Shown one piece after another: positions 1-9,123 of a DNA stretch of 27,514 bases. The position numbers and the translations under genes are program-made. This stretch comes from Candidatus Cloacimonadota bacterium (lineage in GTDB: Bacteria > Cloacimonadota > Cloacimonadia > Cloacimonadales > PWNZ01). The notes beneath the pieces are model-generated. The model did no database searches, was not told the origin of the DNA, and was given only the letters and a program-made list of their open reading frames with translations. Where the stretch lies: NCBI GenBank assembly GCA_003564135.1, contig PWNZ01000256.1:1-27514 (forward strand), given 5' to 3'. Each line of letters begins with the position of its first letter. Within the stretch, counting starts at the first letter, position 1.

Positions 1-112
1 AGCTCGCCGGACGAAGTACGGCAACTAGTCTTTTTAGAAGCTCGCCGGACGAAGTACGGCAACTAGTCTTTTTAAACTAGCTCGACGCAGTCAATATTAT
101 TGATAAGGTATT
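1..112. repeat. Left terminal repeat array: two tandem 38-bp units (1-38, 39-76; 28-bp core agctcgccggacgaagtacggcaactag plus T-rich 10-bp spacer), then a degenerate third unit and an inner segment (78-112). The whole block is the imperfect reverse complement of 27335-27490
   Basis: Direct inspection: units 1-36 and 39-74 are identical. The reverse complement of the right-end unit (agctcgccggacggagtacggccactag) matches the left core at 26 of 28 positions. Inner 78-112 matches the reverse complement of 27335-27380 at about 30 of 35 positions. Confidence 0.85.
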
Positions 113-375
113 AATGTTTAAAAGCGGCCATGTTCTCTTGGAGACCGGACAAGCTCGTGTCTGCAAAGTCCTGTCTTAGCGAGCACCATTGATAGAAGAT
201 CGATGTTTTATGATCTGAGAGACAATACTCTCGCTGATAGTCAGCTTAATCGATCGGAAGTGGACAAGCAGATTATTGGGTAAAGTTTAGCGGGGTTCGG
301 GATTATTTCTATCGTTCCGGGTCGGAGCACAAGGAGGTTTGGTTGCGAAACAGCAAAAAAAAAGAACAATAAGTT

Positions 376-402
376 TTGACAGGATACTAATCGAAGTAAT
401 AT
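376..402 (+). promoter_or_regulatory. Candidate sigma70-type promoter upstream of dnaE (-35 TTGACA 376-381, -10 TAATAT 397-402, 15-bp spacer)
   Basis: Hexamer matches seen in sequence. The spacer is shorter than optimal and nothing else supports the call. Confidence 0.25.
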
Positions 403-520
403 TGGTCTTCGATTGAGCATTTAGAACTTGCAGATGAAGGCTTTAGCCATGCTATATCTGCAATTGAGAACGTTTAACAACGTTTGCTCAACAAAAAAAA
501 GGAGATGATTTCGTGAAGAA

Positions 521-3500
521 ATGAGCTTTGTACACTTACATAACCATACCCAATATAGCGCCTTAGATGGTGCTTGCCGCATAGATAAAATGATCGATTT
601 AGCATTACAATATGACATGCCTGCTGTGGCCATAACAGATCATGGTACGATGTCCGGAGCGATCGATTTTTACTGTCAAGCCGCCAAGAAAGGGATCAAA
701 CCGATAATCGGGATAGAAGCTTACGTTATCGATTTTGACTATGATCATAGCAAATCCAAAAAGGCTAGGCGGAATCATTTAGTCTTGATAGCAAAAAATA
801 AGACCGGATATAATAACCTGATAAAACTTTCGTCAATATCTTACACGCAAGGGTTCTATTACAAACCGAGAATGAGCAAACAGCTTTTAGAAAAACATTC
901 GGAAGGATTAATATGTCTTTCCGCATGTGTACAAGGAGAGATTGCTCAACTGCTATTAGACGGACGTCATGAAGATGCCGTATACGCCGTTGAATGGTAT
1001 AAAAATGTATTCCGAGACAGCTATTATTTAGAAATAATGAAGCATGATCTGAGTGACGAAGATCTGGTTATGCCCAAAATTATAGAGCTAGCGCACAAAA
1101 CCGACACACCGTTAGTAGTCACCAACGATTGCCACTATCTGAAAAAAGAAGATGCAAAAGCTCATGACGTGTTACTATGTATCCAGACAGGCAAAACCAT
1201 AGACGATTCTTCGCGGATAAAATATGAAACCGATCAGCTATATTTCAAAACTGAAGAAGAAATGAGAGCACTGTTTCCTGAATGCCCCGAAGCTTATGAC
1301 AATTCAGTGAAGATAGCCGAATCAACAGATCTTAAACTTGAGTATGATACCTTTTTGCTGCCCAAAGTGGATTTGCCGGCGCACTATTCAACCAACAGTG
1401 AGTATCTTAGATCGTTATGCTATGAAAGCGCAGCAAAAAAATATGTACAGTTTTCACAAGATTATCAGCAAGATCCAAACAAGGCGAGTCGACTTGAAAT
1501 CGAAGAAAGGATTGATTATGAATTAGGCATTATCAAACGAATGGGTTTTGAGGATTATTTCTTGGTCGTCAAGGATCTGATTGACAGCACGCGGAAGAGA
1601 GGTATTCCTGTCGGTCCCGGCAGGGGTTCAGCGGCGGGTAGTATAGTCTCCTATTTATTAGAGATCACGTTAATGGATCCGATAAAGCATAATCTGTTAT
1701 TTGAACGTTTTCTGAATCCCGATAGAATAGAGATGCCTGATATTGATATAGATTTCTGTGCTGAAGGCAGGAATCAGGTCATTGAATACGTAGTAAATAA
1801 ATACGGTCGCAACAGTGTGGCTCAGATTATCACTTTCAACACCTTAGGGGCGAAGTCTGTGATTAAGGATGTAGCCCGCGTTTTAGGGGTGTCGCCTGCT
1901 GAATCGAATAGAATGACCAAACTTATGCCCTCAACTCCCAAGATCACCTTAGAAAAATGTATGCAGGAATGTCCGGAATTCGTCAAGCTTATGGAAAGCA
2001 CCGGGCAATATAGCTCAATTCTGAAATATGGTAAGGTGATAGAAGGCTTGATCAGGCAACACGGTATACATGCAGCCGGCGTTGTTATTGGTCCCGACGA
2101 TCTGTCAAACTACGTTCCGCTGTCAACCAGCAGCCAGAAGGGAAGCCAATCGACGGTTCTTGTGCAGTATGAAGGGAAGTGGCTCGACTATCTGAAGATG
2201 CTGAAGATGGATATTTTAGGGCTCAAGACATTGACAATAATCCGAAAAACATTGGAGCTGATTAATCAATCTCGGGGTATCGACATCGACATCCTAAAAG
2301 TTCCTACTGATGATAACAAAACCTATGAATTGTTTTCAAACGGATTAACCGACGGCATCTTTCAGTTTGAATCGGCCGGCATGAAAAAGCATCTCAAAGA
2401 GCTAAAACCTAATGAATTTTCGGATTTAGTAGCGATGGTGGCTCTATATCGTCCCGGGCCAATGCAGTTTATAGATACTTATATAAAAAGAAAATACGGA
2501 TTACAAGAAATCGAATATGATCATCCGCTGACAAAAAATGCCCTCAAAGAGACTTATGGAGTGATAATCTATCAGGAACAGGTGATGCAGATATCACGCG
2601 AGATGTGCGGTTTTTCCGGTGGTGAAGCCGATACTCTCAGGAAAGCAATGGGTAAGAAAATAATGGAAGTGATGGATAAACTCAAGCCTAAGTTCATTGA
2701 AGGGGGTAAAGCGAAAGGAGTTGAAGAGCATATAGTTAAGAAAGTTTGGGACAAGTGTCTTGATTTTGCCAAGTATGCTTTCAATAAAAGCCATTCTGTG
2801 TGTTATGCTTATGTGGCCTTCCAAACAGCTTATTTGAAAGCCCATTACCCGACAGAATTCATGGCAGCATTGCTTTCTCAAGAAAATGACCCCTCTAAGA
2901 TTCCGTATTTTCTCGAAGAGTGCAGAAATATGGGTATAGAAGTAATTCCACCAAACATTAACCGCTGTGAAAAAGAGTTTATTGTTCAAGGGAATAAGAT
3001 TCTTTTTGGCTTGCGGGCTATTAAAAATGTCGGTGAGGTAGCGATTCAAAGACTCTTAGAAGAGAGAGATGAAAATGGAGTTTTTACTGACTTTTTCGAA
3101 ATGTGTTCACGAGTTGATCCTATGGCAGTTAATAAAGCCGTCTTAGAAAGCCTGATCTATTCGGGAGCATTAGATGAACTTGCCGGTAACCGGCCACAAA
3201 AATTGGCAGCTCTCGAAGCAGCGGTAGAATACGGAAACAGTGTTAATAATGAAAAACGTAGCGGCCAGCAAACTCTGTTCAGCATTTTAGAAGAAGACGA
3301 TGACTCCGGGATCCCCACAGGGTGTAAGCCTGTTTTACCGGAGGTTAAAGATTGGACACTAAGTGAGAAATTGGAAAAAGAAAAAGCGATACTCGGCTTC
3401 TATTTGTCTGGTCACCCACTGTTTAAATATCGTCACGAACTCACCATATTTGCTAACTTAGATACCAAGAGATTTTTAGATAGAGGGCAGAAGGTTCCCT

Positions 3501-4024
3501 ACCCTATAATCATTGCCGGGGTAGTCAATATAATCAATTATAAAAAAGATTCTCGTAACAGACCATATTGCACAGCCGTTTTAGAAGATATGTACGGCAA
3601 GTTTGAATTAGCGATATTCGGCAAGGATGTAGAAAAGTATGACTCTACATTAAAATCTGATGGACTCTATATCATATCTGGTAAACCTTCGTCCTATAAC
3701 TATCAGCAGAATGGAAGTACTGATAATACAACTCTACGCATTGTGCCGGAAAAGATTATTCCGCTGGATGATCTGTCCCAGCATTTCACAGGTTCGCTAC
3801 ACCTAAATGTTGAAGAGGGAAAAATTTGTGACGGTTTGTATGATAAATTGATATCTTTAAGCAGCCGGCATCCCGGTAAGTTTGATCTTGTTCTCATAGT
3901 AACTACCAAAAAATTCGGATGTATAAAGATCACACCTCAAGATATAGCTGTTTTCCCCAATGAAGGGCTGAACAAAGCTTTGAAGGAAATGTTTGGCACA
4001 ACCGTAGCAGTCAAGGTAGGCTAA
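521..4024 (+). CDS. dnaE: DNA polymerase III alpha subunit
   Basis: 1167-aa ORF. N-terminal PHP domain (HLHNHTQYSALDGA...AITDHGTMSGAIDFY), polymerase core motifs and a C-terminal OB-fold region, with length and architecture typical of DnaE. TAA stop. Confidence 0.95.
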   Translation: MSFVHLHNHTQYSALDGACRIDKMIDLALQYDMPAVAITDHGTMSGAIDFYCQAAKKGIKPIIGIEAYVIDFDYDHSKSKKARRNHLVLIAKNKTGYNNLIKLSSISYTQGFYYKPRMSKQLLEKHSEGLICLSACVQGEIAQLLLDGRHEDAVYAVEWYKNVFRDSYYLEIMKHDLSDEDLVMPKIIELAHKTDTPLVVTNDCHYLKKEDAKAHDVLLCIQTGKTIDDSSRIKYETDQLYFKTEEEMRALFPECPEAYDNSVKIAESTDLKLEYDTFLLPKVDLPAHYSTNSEYLRSLCYESAAKKYVQFSQDYQQDPNKASRLEIEERIDYELGIIKRMGFEDYFLVVKDLIDSTRKRGIPVGPGRGSAAGSIVSYLLEITLMDPIKHNLLFERFLNPDRIEMPDIDIDFCAEGRNQVIEYVVNKYGRNSVAQIITFNTLGAKSVIKDVARVLGVSPAESNRMTKLMPSTPKITLEKCMQECPEFVKLMESTGQYSSILKYGKVIEGLIRQHGIHAAGVVIGPDDLSNYVPLSTSSQKGSQSTVLVQYEGKWLDYLKMLKMDILGLKTLTIIRKTLELINQSRGIDIDILKVPTDDNKTYELFSNGLTDGIFQFESAGMKKHLKELKPNEFSDLVAMVALYRPGPMQFIDTYIKRKYGLQEIEYDHPLTKNALKETYGVIIYQEQVMQISREMCGFSGGEADTLRKAMGKKIMEVMDKLKPKFIEGGKAKGVEEHIVKKVWDKCLDFAKYAFNKSHSVCYAYVAFQTAYLKAHYPTEFMAALLSQENDPSKIPYFLEECRNMGIEVIPPNINRCEKEFIVQGNKILFGLRAIKNVGEVAIQRLLEERDENGVFTDFFEMCSRVDPMAVNKAVLESLIYSGALDELAGNRPQKLAALEAAVEYGNSVNNEKRSGQQTLFSILEEDDDSGIPTGCKPVLPEVKDWTLSEKLEKEKAILGFYLSGHPLFKYRHELTIFANLDTKRFLDRGQKVPYPIIIAGVVNIINYKKDSRNRPYCTAVLEDMYGKFELAIFGKDVEKYDSTLKSDGLYIISGKPSSYNYQQNGSTDNTTLRIVPEKIIPLDDLSQHFTGSLHLNVEEGKICDGLYDKLISLSSRHPGKFDLVLIVTTKKFGCIKITPQDIAVFPNEGLNKALKEMFGTTVAVKVG

Positions 4025-4121
4025 CAGCGTGTCCCGAGATGATGTTAGAGATAAATAATACAGTGCGCACCTAACGAATGGTGATAGCGCTGAACCTACA
4101 AGACTAAAATGAGACAAAATA

Positions 4122-5288
4122 ATGGTTAAAATAAAAGAGCGAATGAGAAAAAGTTTTCTAGCCGTAGTCATAATGATGGTAATGGTTAGCCTTACTGCCT
4201 CATCGATAGAGTTTAGATCGGAGAATATAGGCGGCAGAATTGAAGGTTTGCTGCTGATTTCTTACAATGATTTTTTCTCTGAACAAACTGACCAGACGAT
4301 TGAGATAAATAACTATTTGTCAGTAAGCATTGTCACTAATGACCATGATATTGTTTATCAGGAGCAATTCCAAGTCATTATGAGTATAAATACTGATTCT
4401 CTACAAGGATTTCGATATCTTACGCTGTACGATGAATATTTTCCCTTAAAATTCTCAACCGAGATTGAGCCTGATGAATATGAATTAATAGTTACCCTCA
4501 ACTCTCACCGAACAAGTCAGAAAAGAACATATAGAGAAAAAGTAAATCTTCCGCAAGAAAAGAAAATCATCGGCTCTTCTTTGCTGGTAGCCCGGATTGA
4601 TGATTTCATGTTTGCCATAAGAGATAACCGATACTTAATAGATCGTTATGACGAGATCAAACTTTGGCAGCATTACAGTGAAACACCCGATACAACAAAG
4701 ATAGCCTTGTCAGTTGATGGTAAGAGCAAGCATGTATCCGTGTCAGAGATAAACGAACTATATGACAAGTTGCGGGGTATAGATGAGTTTACTATAGAAG
4801 TGCACAATAAATATAATGAGAAAACATTTAATTCTGAACCGGTATTCCCCACGATCAGTTTCTTTTTTCAAGAGCGCTTTAGCCCCGATCAACAATTGGC
4901 ACAATTGCGGAATATTCTCAATCATAACGAGTATCGTGAGTTACGTGGCTTAGAAAGCGATGAGTTGCAACAAGGTATTGATGAGTATTGGAATAGATTG
5001 GATCCTGATATTTATTCAGTTGACAATTATTACCAACGAGTTTTCTATAACAGAGTTATCTATGCGGATAGAAATTTCGGCATAAAAGGTTATTTAGAAG
5101 GTTGGGAAACCGACCGAGGTAAGATCTATATTAAATATGGCCCTCCGGACAACATATCTACCGATGCTTTCCCTATCGGTAGGAGTCCGAGGATAACATG
5201 GCACTATTACAGCATTAATAGGACATTTAACTTTTATGACTTGAGAGGATATGGACAGTATGAACTCAGAGAAAAATGGATGGATTAG
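4122..5288 (+). CDS. Secreted GWxTD-domain protein (function unknown), paralog 1
   Basis: 388 aa with an N-terminal signal peptide or TM segment. The C-terminal motif YLEGWETDRGKIYIKYGPPD matches the GWxTD domain signature, and there is an upstream EYWNRLDPD-type motif. It shares the C-terminal domain with the next ORF. Confidence 0.6.
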   Translation: MVKIKERMRKSFLAVVIMMVMVSLTASSIEFRSENIGGRIEGLLLISYNDFFSEQTDQTIEINNYLSVSIVTNDHDIVYQEQFQVIMSINTDSLQGFRYLTLYDEYFPLKFSTEIEPDEYELIVTLNSHRTSQKRTYREKVNLPQEKKIIGSSLLVARIDDFMFAIRDNRYLIDRYDEIKLWQHYSETPDTTKIALSVDGKSKHVSVSEINELYDKLRGIDEFTIEVHNKYNEKTFNSEPVFPTISFFFQERFSPDQQLAQLRNILNHNEYRELRGLESDELQQGIDEYWNRLDPDIYSVDNYYQRVFYNRVIYADRNFGIKGYLEGWETDRGKIYIKYGPPDNISTDAFPIGRSPRITWHYYSINRTFNFYDLRGYGQYELREKWMD

Positions 5289-6615
5289 ATACTTTGTAAC
5301 AGCACTGCTGGTGGCGGTAGTGTCGATAGCCGGTGCTAATGAGTTAAACATAGCCTTTGAACACAACAGGTTCTTAGATGATCAAGGAAACACGATTCAT
5401 CATTTCAACTATAAAGTTCCTAATAATCAATTAACTTTTGCTGAATCAGATGATGGATACTTAGCTTTGCTTGATGTGAAAATCAGTTCTGAAAAGGATG
5501 GAGAAGAAAAAGTACTCGATGAATTTACTCATCACATTGGAGTCAGAGAACAAAGAGCAGCTTTTTCTGAAGAGTTGTATTATCTTGATAAAATCCAACT
5601 CACTCTTGCTCAATCGGGATTAAATTTCCGTGTTGATTTCCAAGATCAGCTATCCGGCAAGCAATTTCAATGGTCGAGAACTTTAGAAAACTTGGATTCC
5701 AATAGCTTAGTTAGCGATATTGAGTTTTCACATCAGATATTAAGAGGGGTAGAGCATCCGGGATTAGAACAATTCTTGCGAGGCAATTATCAGTTTTATG
5801 TTGATCCGGCGCATATCTACAGGACAGAAGCTCAGGATACAGTCTTCTTTTATTACGAGATACAGAATCTTTATCCTGCTGTCGATGGTAATCATTACTT
5901 TGCCGAGGAAATCTTAATTTATAGCGATAAAGACACGCTGAAAATTGAAAATAGATATCAAGACCCTGATCCGTATGTAGATATGATGAAAGACATCCCA
6001 ATGGAGAAATTATCAACAGGTTACTTCAATGTCGAAGTCTCAATCACGGATATGGTTAGAAATATGACACATACTGCGAAAGACTACTTTGTCATAGCCG
6101 AACGTAGAACTCCTATCCAACGGCTTTTCCCTGATAATGAGACAGAATATAGGTTATTGAGATACTTTTTGCCCTCTTCTTATTTTAGAAACTGGGATGA
6201 GATGAGCACGAGAGCGCAGAATAACTTGATCGATAGGTTTTGGAGACAAAATGATCCCGTCCCACAAACTGAAGCAAATGAGTTTTTAGAAAACATCAGG
6301 CAGAGAATTGAATACGCTAATGAACAATTTCCTCACCATAGCGATGGATGGGAGACTGATCGCGGAAGGGTCTACGTGAGGCAGGGTGCACCTGACGATA
6401 TCGTCAGGGATAATATTGAAGGTGATATCAGGTTGACCAGAAGGGAATATATTGTGTGGAGGTATCACAGCTCTAATAAACTCTATCTTTTCATAGATCC
6501 ACAAGGTATGGGCAGCTTTCGGCTTATCTACAATAGGAACGATGACCGTGAGCAGACTGTGTCCAATTGGGAAAGATATGTCGGCGAAGATTTTGACATG
6601 AGTATTCTCGAATAA
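5251..6615 (+). CDS. Secreted GWxTD-domain protein (function unknown), paralog 2
   Basis: 454 aa with a signal-peptide-like N-terminus. The C-terminal HSDGWETDRGRVYVRQGAPDD and the DRFWRQNDP motif parallel paralog 1. It overlaps the upstream gene by 38 bp, and an alternative start at Met 5260 is possible. Confidence 0.6.
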   Translation: MDSMNSEKNGWIRYFVTALLVAVVSIAGANELNIAFEHNRFLDDQGNTIHHFNYKVPNNQLTFAESDDGYLALLDVKISSEKDGEEKVLDEFTHHIGVREQRAAFSEELYYLDKIQLTLAQSGLNFRVDFQDQLSGKQFQWSRTLENLDSNSLVSDIEFSHQILRGVEHPGLEQFLRGNYQFYVDPAHIYRTEAQDTVFFYYEIQNLYPAVDGNHYFAEEILIYSDKDTLKIENRYQDPDPYVDMMKDIPMEKLSTGYFNVEVSITDMVRNMTHTAKDYFVIAERRTPIQRLFPDNETEYRLLRYFLPSSYFRNWDEMSTRAQNNLIDRFWRQNDPVPQTEANEFLENIRQRIEYANEQFPHHSDGWETDRGRVYVRQGAPDDIVRDNIEGDIRLTRREYIVWRYHSSNKLYLFIDPQGMGSFRLIYNRNDDREQTVSNWERYVGEDFDMSILE

Positions 6616-6843
6616 TCCCACCTGTCTTATTCTGTGGTGTAAGAAAGTAAGAATTTAAAAAATCGATGTATTTGACTAGATCAGGATAATTAAATGACAA
6701 TAATAGGTAGAGAATTGCGACTGTTATTATTGCAGGCTTAAAATGGGAGATGTTGCCTTTAACAATAGCAAGGTTGAAATTTTTTTCTGGACAGTAAAAA
6801 CGTTAGGCATATTATTGCCTGAAAAAACGAAGCGAGGTGAAAT

Positions 6844-7188
6844 ATGAGCAGTTACCATGAACCGGTGGAAGAATTGAAAGCAAAAGATCGTGACTTCTCA
6901 AGAGCGCTTAATAGCCTCAAAGAAGAGATCGAAGCTGTCGATTGGTACCAACAACGTGCAGCAACAACTACAGATGAAGAGCTTAGAAAGATTGTCGAAC
7001 ACAATCGTGACGAAGAAATCGAACACGCTGTCATGACTCTCGAATGGCTCAGACGCAACATGCCGGGTTGGGATGAAGAAATGCGTACCTATTTATTCAC
7101 AACTAAACCGATCACCGAACTCGAAGATGATGAAGAAGAAGAAGAAACTAACAAAGACGGTGATCTTAAAATCAGAAACCTCAAATAA
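6844..7188 (+). CDS. Encapsulin cargo: ferritin-like protein (Flp) with C-terminal targeting peptide
   Basis: 114 aa, helical, with E-rich and ExxH metal-binding motifs (EEIEAVDWY and DEEIEHAVMTLEW). An acidic poly-Glu linker (EDDEEEEE) precedes a C-terminal GDLKIRNLK, which resembles family-1 encapsulin cargo-loading peptides. It sits 9 bp upstream of the encapsulin shell gene, and has the RBS GAGGTGA. Confidence 0.75.
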   Translation: MSSYHEPVEELKAKDRDFSRALNSLKEEIEAVDWYQQRAATTTDEELRKIVEHNRDEEIEHAVMTLEWLRRNMPGWDEEMRTYLFTTKPITELEDDEEEEETNKDGDLKIRNLK

Positions 7189-7197
7189 GGAGAGATT

Positions 7198-7992
7198 ATG
7201 GACTTACTTAGACGTCATTTAGCACCTATAAACAATGATGCCTGGGAAGAGATTGATGAGCAAGCGGTGATATCTCTTAAGCAGTTCTTATCAGCTAGAA
7301 AAGTCATTGATGTTGAAGACCCAAAAGGATGGGATTTTTCATCAGTTACTACAGGTAGAATGACACTGGGAAATGACAAAGCAGGTGTCTCCTACGGAGT
7401 CAGAGAATCGTTACCTGTAATAGAACCAAGGATCAGTTTTACCCTCAATAAGTGGGAATTGGATAATATATCAAGAGGTGTCGAAGACCCTGATTTGGAC
7501 ACTTTGCAAGAAGCAGCTCAAAAAATTGCCTTCTTCGAGGAGAATATACTTTATAATGGGTTTAAAAAACATGGCATCAAAGGCTTACTAGACACGGATA
7601 ATAAGGCCGAAAACCTACCTAAAGATACTTCTAAATGGCCGGATACTATCATTGAAGCTGTATATAAGCTTAACCAAGCAGCAATTGAAGGTCCCTATGC
7701 TTTAGTGTTGTCACCTAAGCTCTGGCAAGGATTTAACTATCTGACTAGTTGCGGTTGTTCTAAGCGAATGCAGTTAGAAACACTTATCGGAGGCCCGGTA
7801 GTTTTGTCTCACTTTATCAAGGACGGTCTCTTAGTGTCGATAAGAGGCGGTGATTTTAAGATGAGCATCGGCAGTGACTTCTGTATCGGATATGAAAATT
7901 CGACCAAAGAGGATGTAACTCTCTACTTAACAGAATCATTTACCTTCCAAAACCTTGAGCCTAATGGCGTTATCCCCATTAAAGCAGAATAA
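7198..7992 (+). CDS. Family 1 encapsulin nanocompartment shell protein (linocin M18-like, HK97 fold)
   Basis: 264 aa. The N-terminus (LRRHLAPINNDAWEEIDEQA), VIDVEDPKGWDFSSVTTG, GPYALVLSPKLW and the C-terminal LVSIRGGDFKMSIGSDFCIGYENSTKEDVTLYLTESFTFQ are collinear with T. maritima and M. tuberculosis encapsulins. Strong RBS TAAGGAGAG. Confidence 0.9.
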   Translation: MDLLRRHLAPINNDAWEEIDEQAVISLKQFLSARKVIDVEDPKGWDFSSVTTGRMTLGNDKAGVSYGVRESLPVIEPRISFTLNKWELDNISRGVEDPDLDTLQEAAQKIAFFEENILYNGFKKHGIKGLLDTDNKAENLPKDTSKWPDTIIEAVYKLNQAAIEGPYALVLSPKLWQGFNYLTSCGCSKRMQLETLIGGPVVLSHFIKDGLLVSIRGGDFKMSIGSDFCIGYENSTKEDVTLYLTESFTFQNLEPNGVIPIKAE

Positions 7993-8008
7993 TAAAGTAA
8001 AACTTTAC

Positions 8009-8049
8009 GAGCCTTGCATTAATTTTTTCCGGTGCAAGGCTCATTTTCG
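8009..8049 (+). terminator. Candidate rho-independent terminator of the encapsulin operon
   Basis: A 10-bp perfect stem (gagccttgca / tgcaaggctc) with a 14-nt loop, followed by ATTTTCG. It overlaps the nominal ATG of the next ORF, which argues that the real start of that gene is downstream (ATG 8083). Confidence 0.45.
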
Positions 8050-8865
8050 AATAAATATGGCGGGGGGCAATCAAGTCGGTACATGCTAATCTTCGGTCTT
8101 TTCTTTGTTGGATTCTTTCACCTGATTGGAATTTGGTCATTTCCTACTCTTACCAGATTTGTGGTTGATTTATTAATTCTGAGTGGTTTATCACTTATTA
8201 TAGCCTATTATTGGGAGTCTAAAAGAGAAGCCTACTTTTGGAAAGGGTTTGTTGTATCGATGACTTTTAGCCCGTTTACTGGGATTATTATTGGCTGGTC
8301 ATTCGACCGCCTTGATCTGCTAGGAAAGAAATCAGAGGGGGCTGTACTTAATGAATTGATGATGGCCGCAGTAGAAGCAAAGCCGAATATTCTCGAAAAT
8401 ATAATAGCCGGTGGCGCTAATCCGCAACAAAAGACACCATCTAAACGAACTGCCCTTATGATAGCAGCAGAATCCAATCCTTATCCCGATTCTTGCAGAG
8501 TTTTATGGAAAGCGGGAACTGATGTAAACGGTCAAGATAGAGAAGGAAAAACAGCTCTTATGTATGCCGCTATCAACAACGATAAACCCCTAGTTACCTA
8601 GGCTATAATAGAAGGTGGAGCTAATCCCAATATTCAAGATAATCAAGGAGCGACTGCCTTAATGTATGCTGCTTATAACAACCCTGAGCCTAAAGTATTG
8701 GATCGCTTACTTAGAGCAGGGGCTAATCCAAAAATCTTGGACAATGATGGGAAGTCGGTGTTTGATTATGCTTATAAGATACCTAATCAAACTATTTTAG
8801 AGTCCGATGTGTACATAAAGCTGCGAAGAATAACCTTAGCAACAATCAAACATGAAAACAGGTAA
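8032..8865 (+). pseudogene. Membrane-anchored ankyrin-repeat protein interrupted by one in-frame TAG at 8599-8601
   Basis: ORFs 8032..8601 and 8662..8865 share a reading frame, and translation across the TAG continues an ankyrin repeat (…NNDKPLVT*AIIEGGANPNIQDNQGATALMYAA…). Hydrophobic N-terminal TM segments precede at least 4 ANK repeats. The likely true start is ATG 8083. Confidence 0.6.
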
Positions 8866-9109
8866 GATTATTACCATTGAATGCAAATGTGGTAGAAAGC
8901 TATTTCGCTATTTCAAAGCTGGCAAAGGCCGGATTATTAAGTGTTTTATAGACCGCATGGCAGATGATTATGTCGGGGTACAAAATGCCGAAACATTCTC
9001 GAAACCGATATGCCCGCAATGCGGAAAAGATTTAGGCATAATCATGATGATACGAGGCAACCCTGCTCTAAAACTCAATCAAGGTACAATAAAAAAAGTC
9101 AGAGTATAA
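8852..9109 (+). CDS. Small Cys4 zinc-ribbon protein (85 aa, function unknown)
   Basis: A CxC...CxxC arrangement (CKCGRK...CPQCGK) and a basic composition. It overlaps the ankyrin gene end by 14 bp. I recognise no family. Confidence 0.4.
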   Translation: MKTGKIITIECKCGRKLFRYFKAGKGRIIKCFIDRMADDYVGVQNAETFSKPICPQCGKDLGIIMMIRGNPALKLNQGTIKKVRV

Positions 9110-9123
9110 AAGAAGGAGAAGTA

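Noticed and set aside
1-76. Terminal tandem repeats as CRISPR arrays
   Set aside because: The 28-bp cores are separated by only 10-bp near-identical T-rich spacers. No variable spacers of 30-40 bp and no cas genes are present.
265-345. tRNA/tmRNA-like T-arm (gcggggttcgggatt) and SRP-RNA-like motif (cggaagtggacaagcag)
   Set aside because: No complementary acceptor or T-stem follows the T-loop-like sequence. The SRP domain-IV similarity is limited to a few bases.
2594-3049. Antisense ORFs inside dnaE, the HtrA-like gene, dxs and others (for example 2594-3049 -, 14783-15148 -, 15268-15609 -)
   Set aside because: They are embedded opposite strongly supported conserved genes, lack RBSs, and have low-complexity translations. 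These are typical shadow ORFs.
6660-6760. Fur/PerR box upstream of the encapsulin cargo gene
   Set aside because: Only a loose AT-rich resemblance (gataattaaatgacaataat) to Fur consensus. The nearby inverted repeat caataata…tattattg is noted, but it is insufficient for a call.
8599-8601. TAG stop-codon reassignment (alternative genetic code)
   Set aside because: TAG terminates mnmE exactly after the conserved C-terminal CxGK, and it terminates the first GWxTD gene. TGA functions as the stop in the RF2 frameshift cassette. Standard code 11 fits all the other genes.
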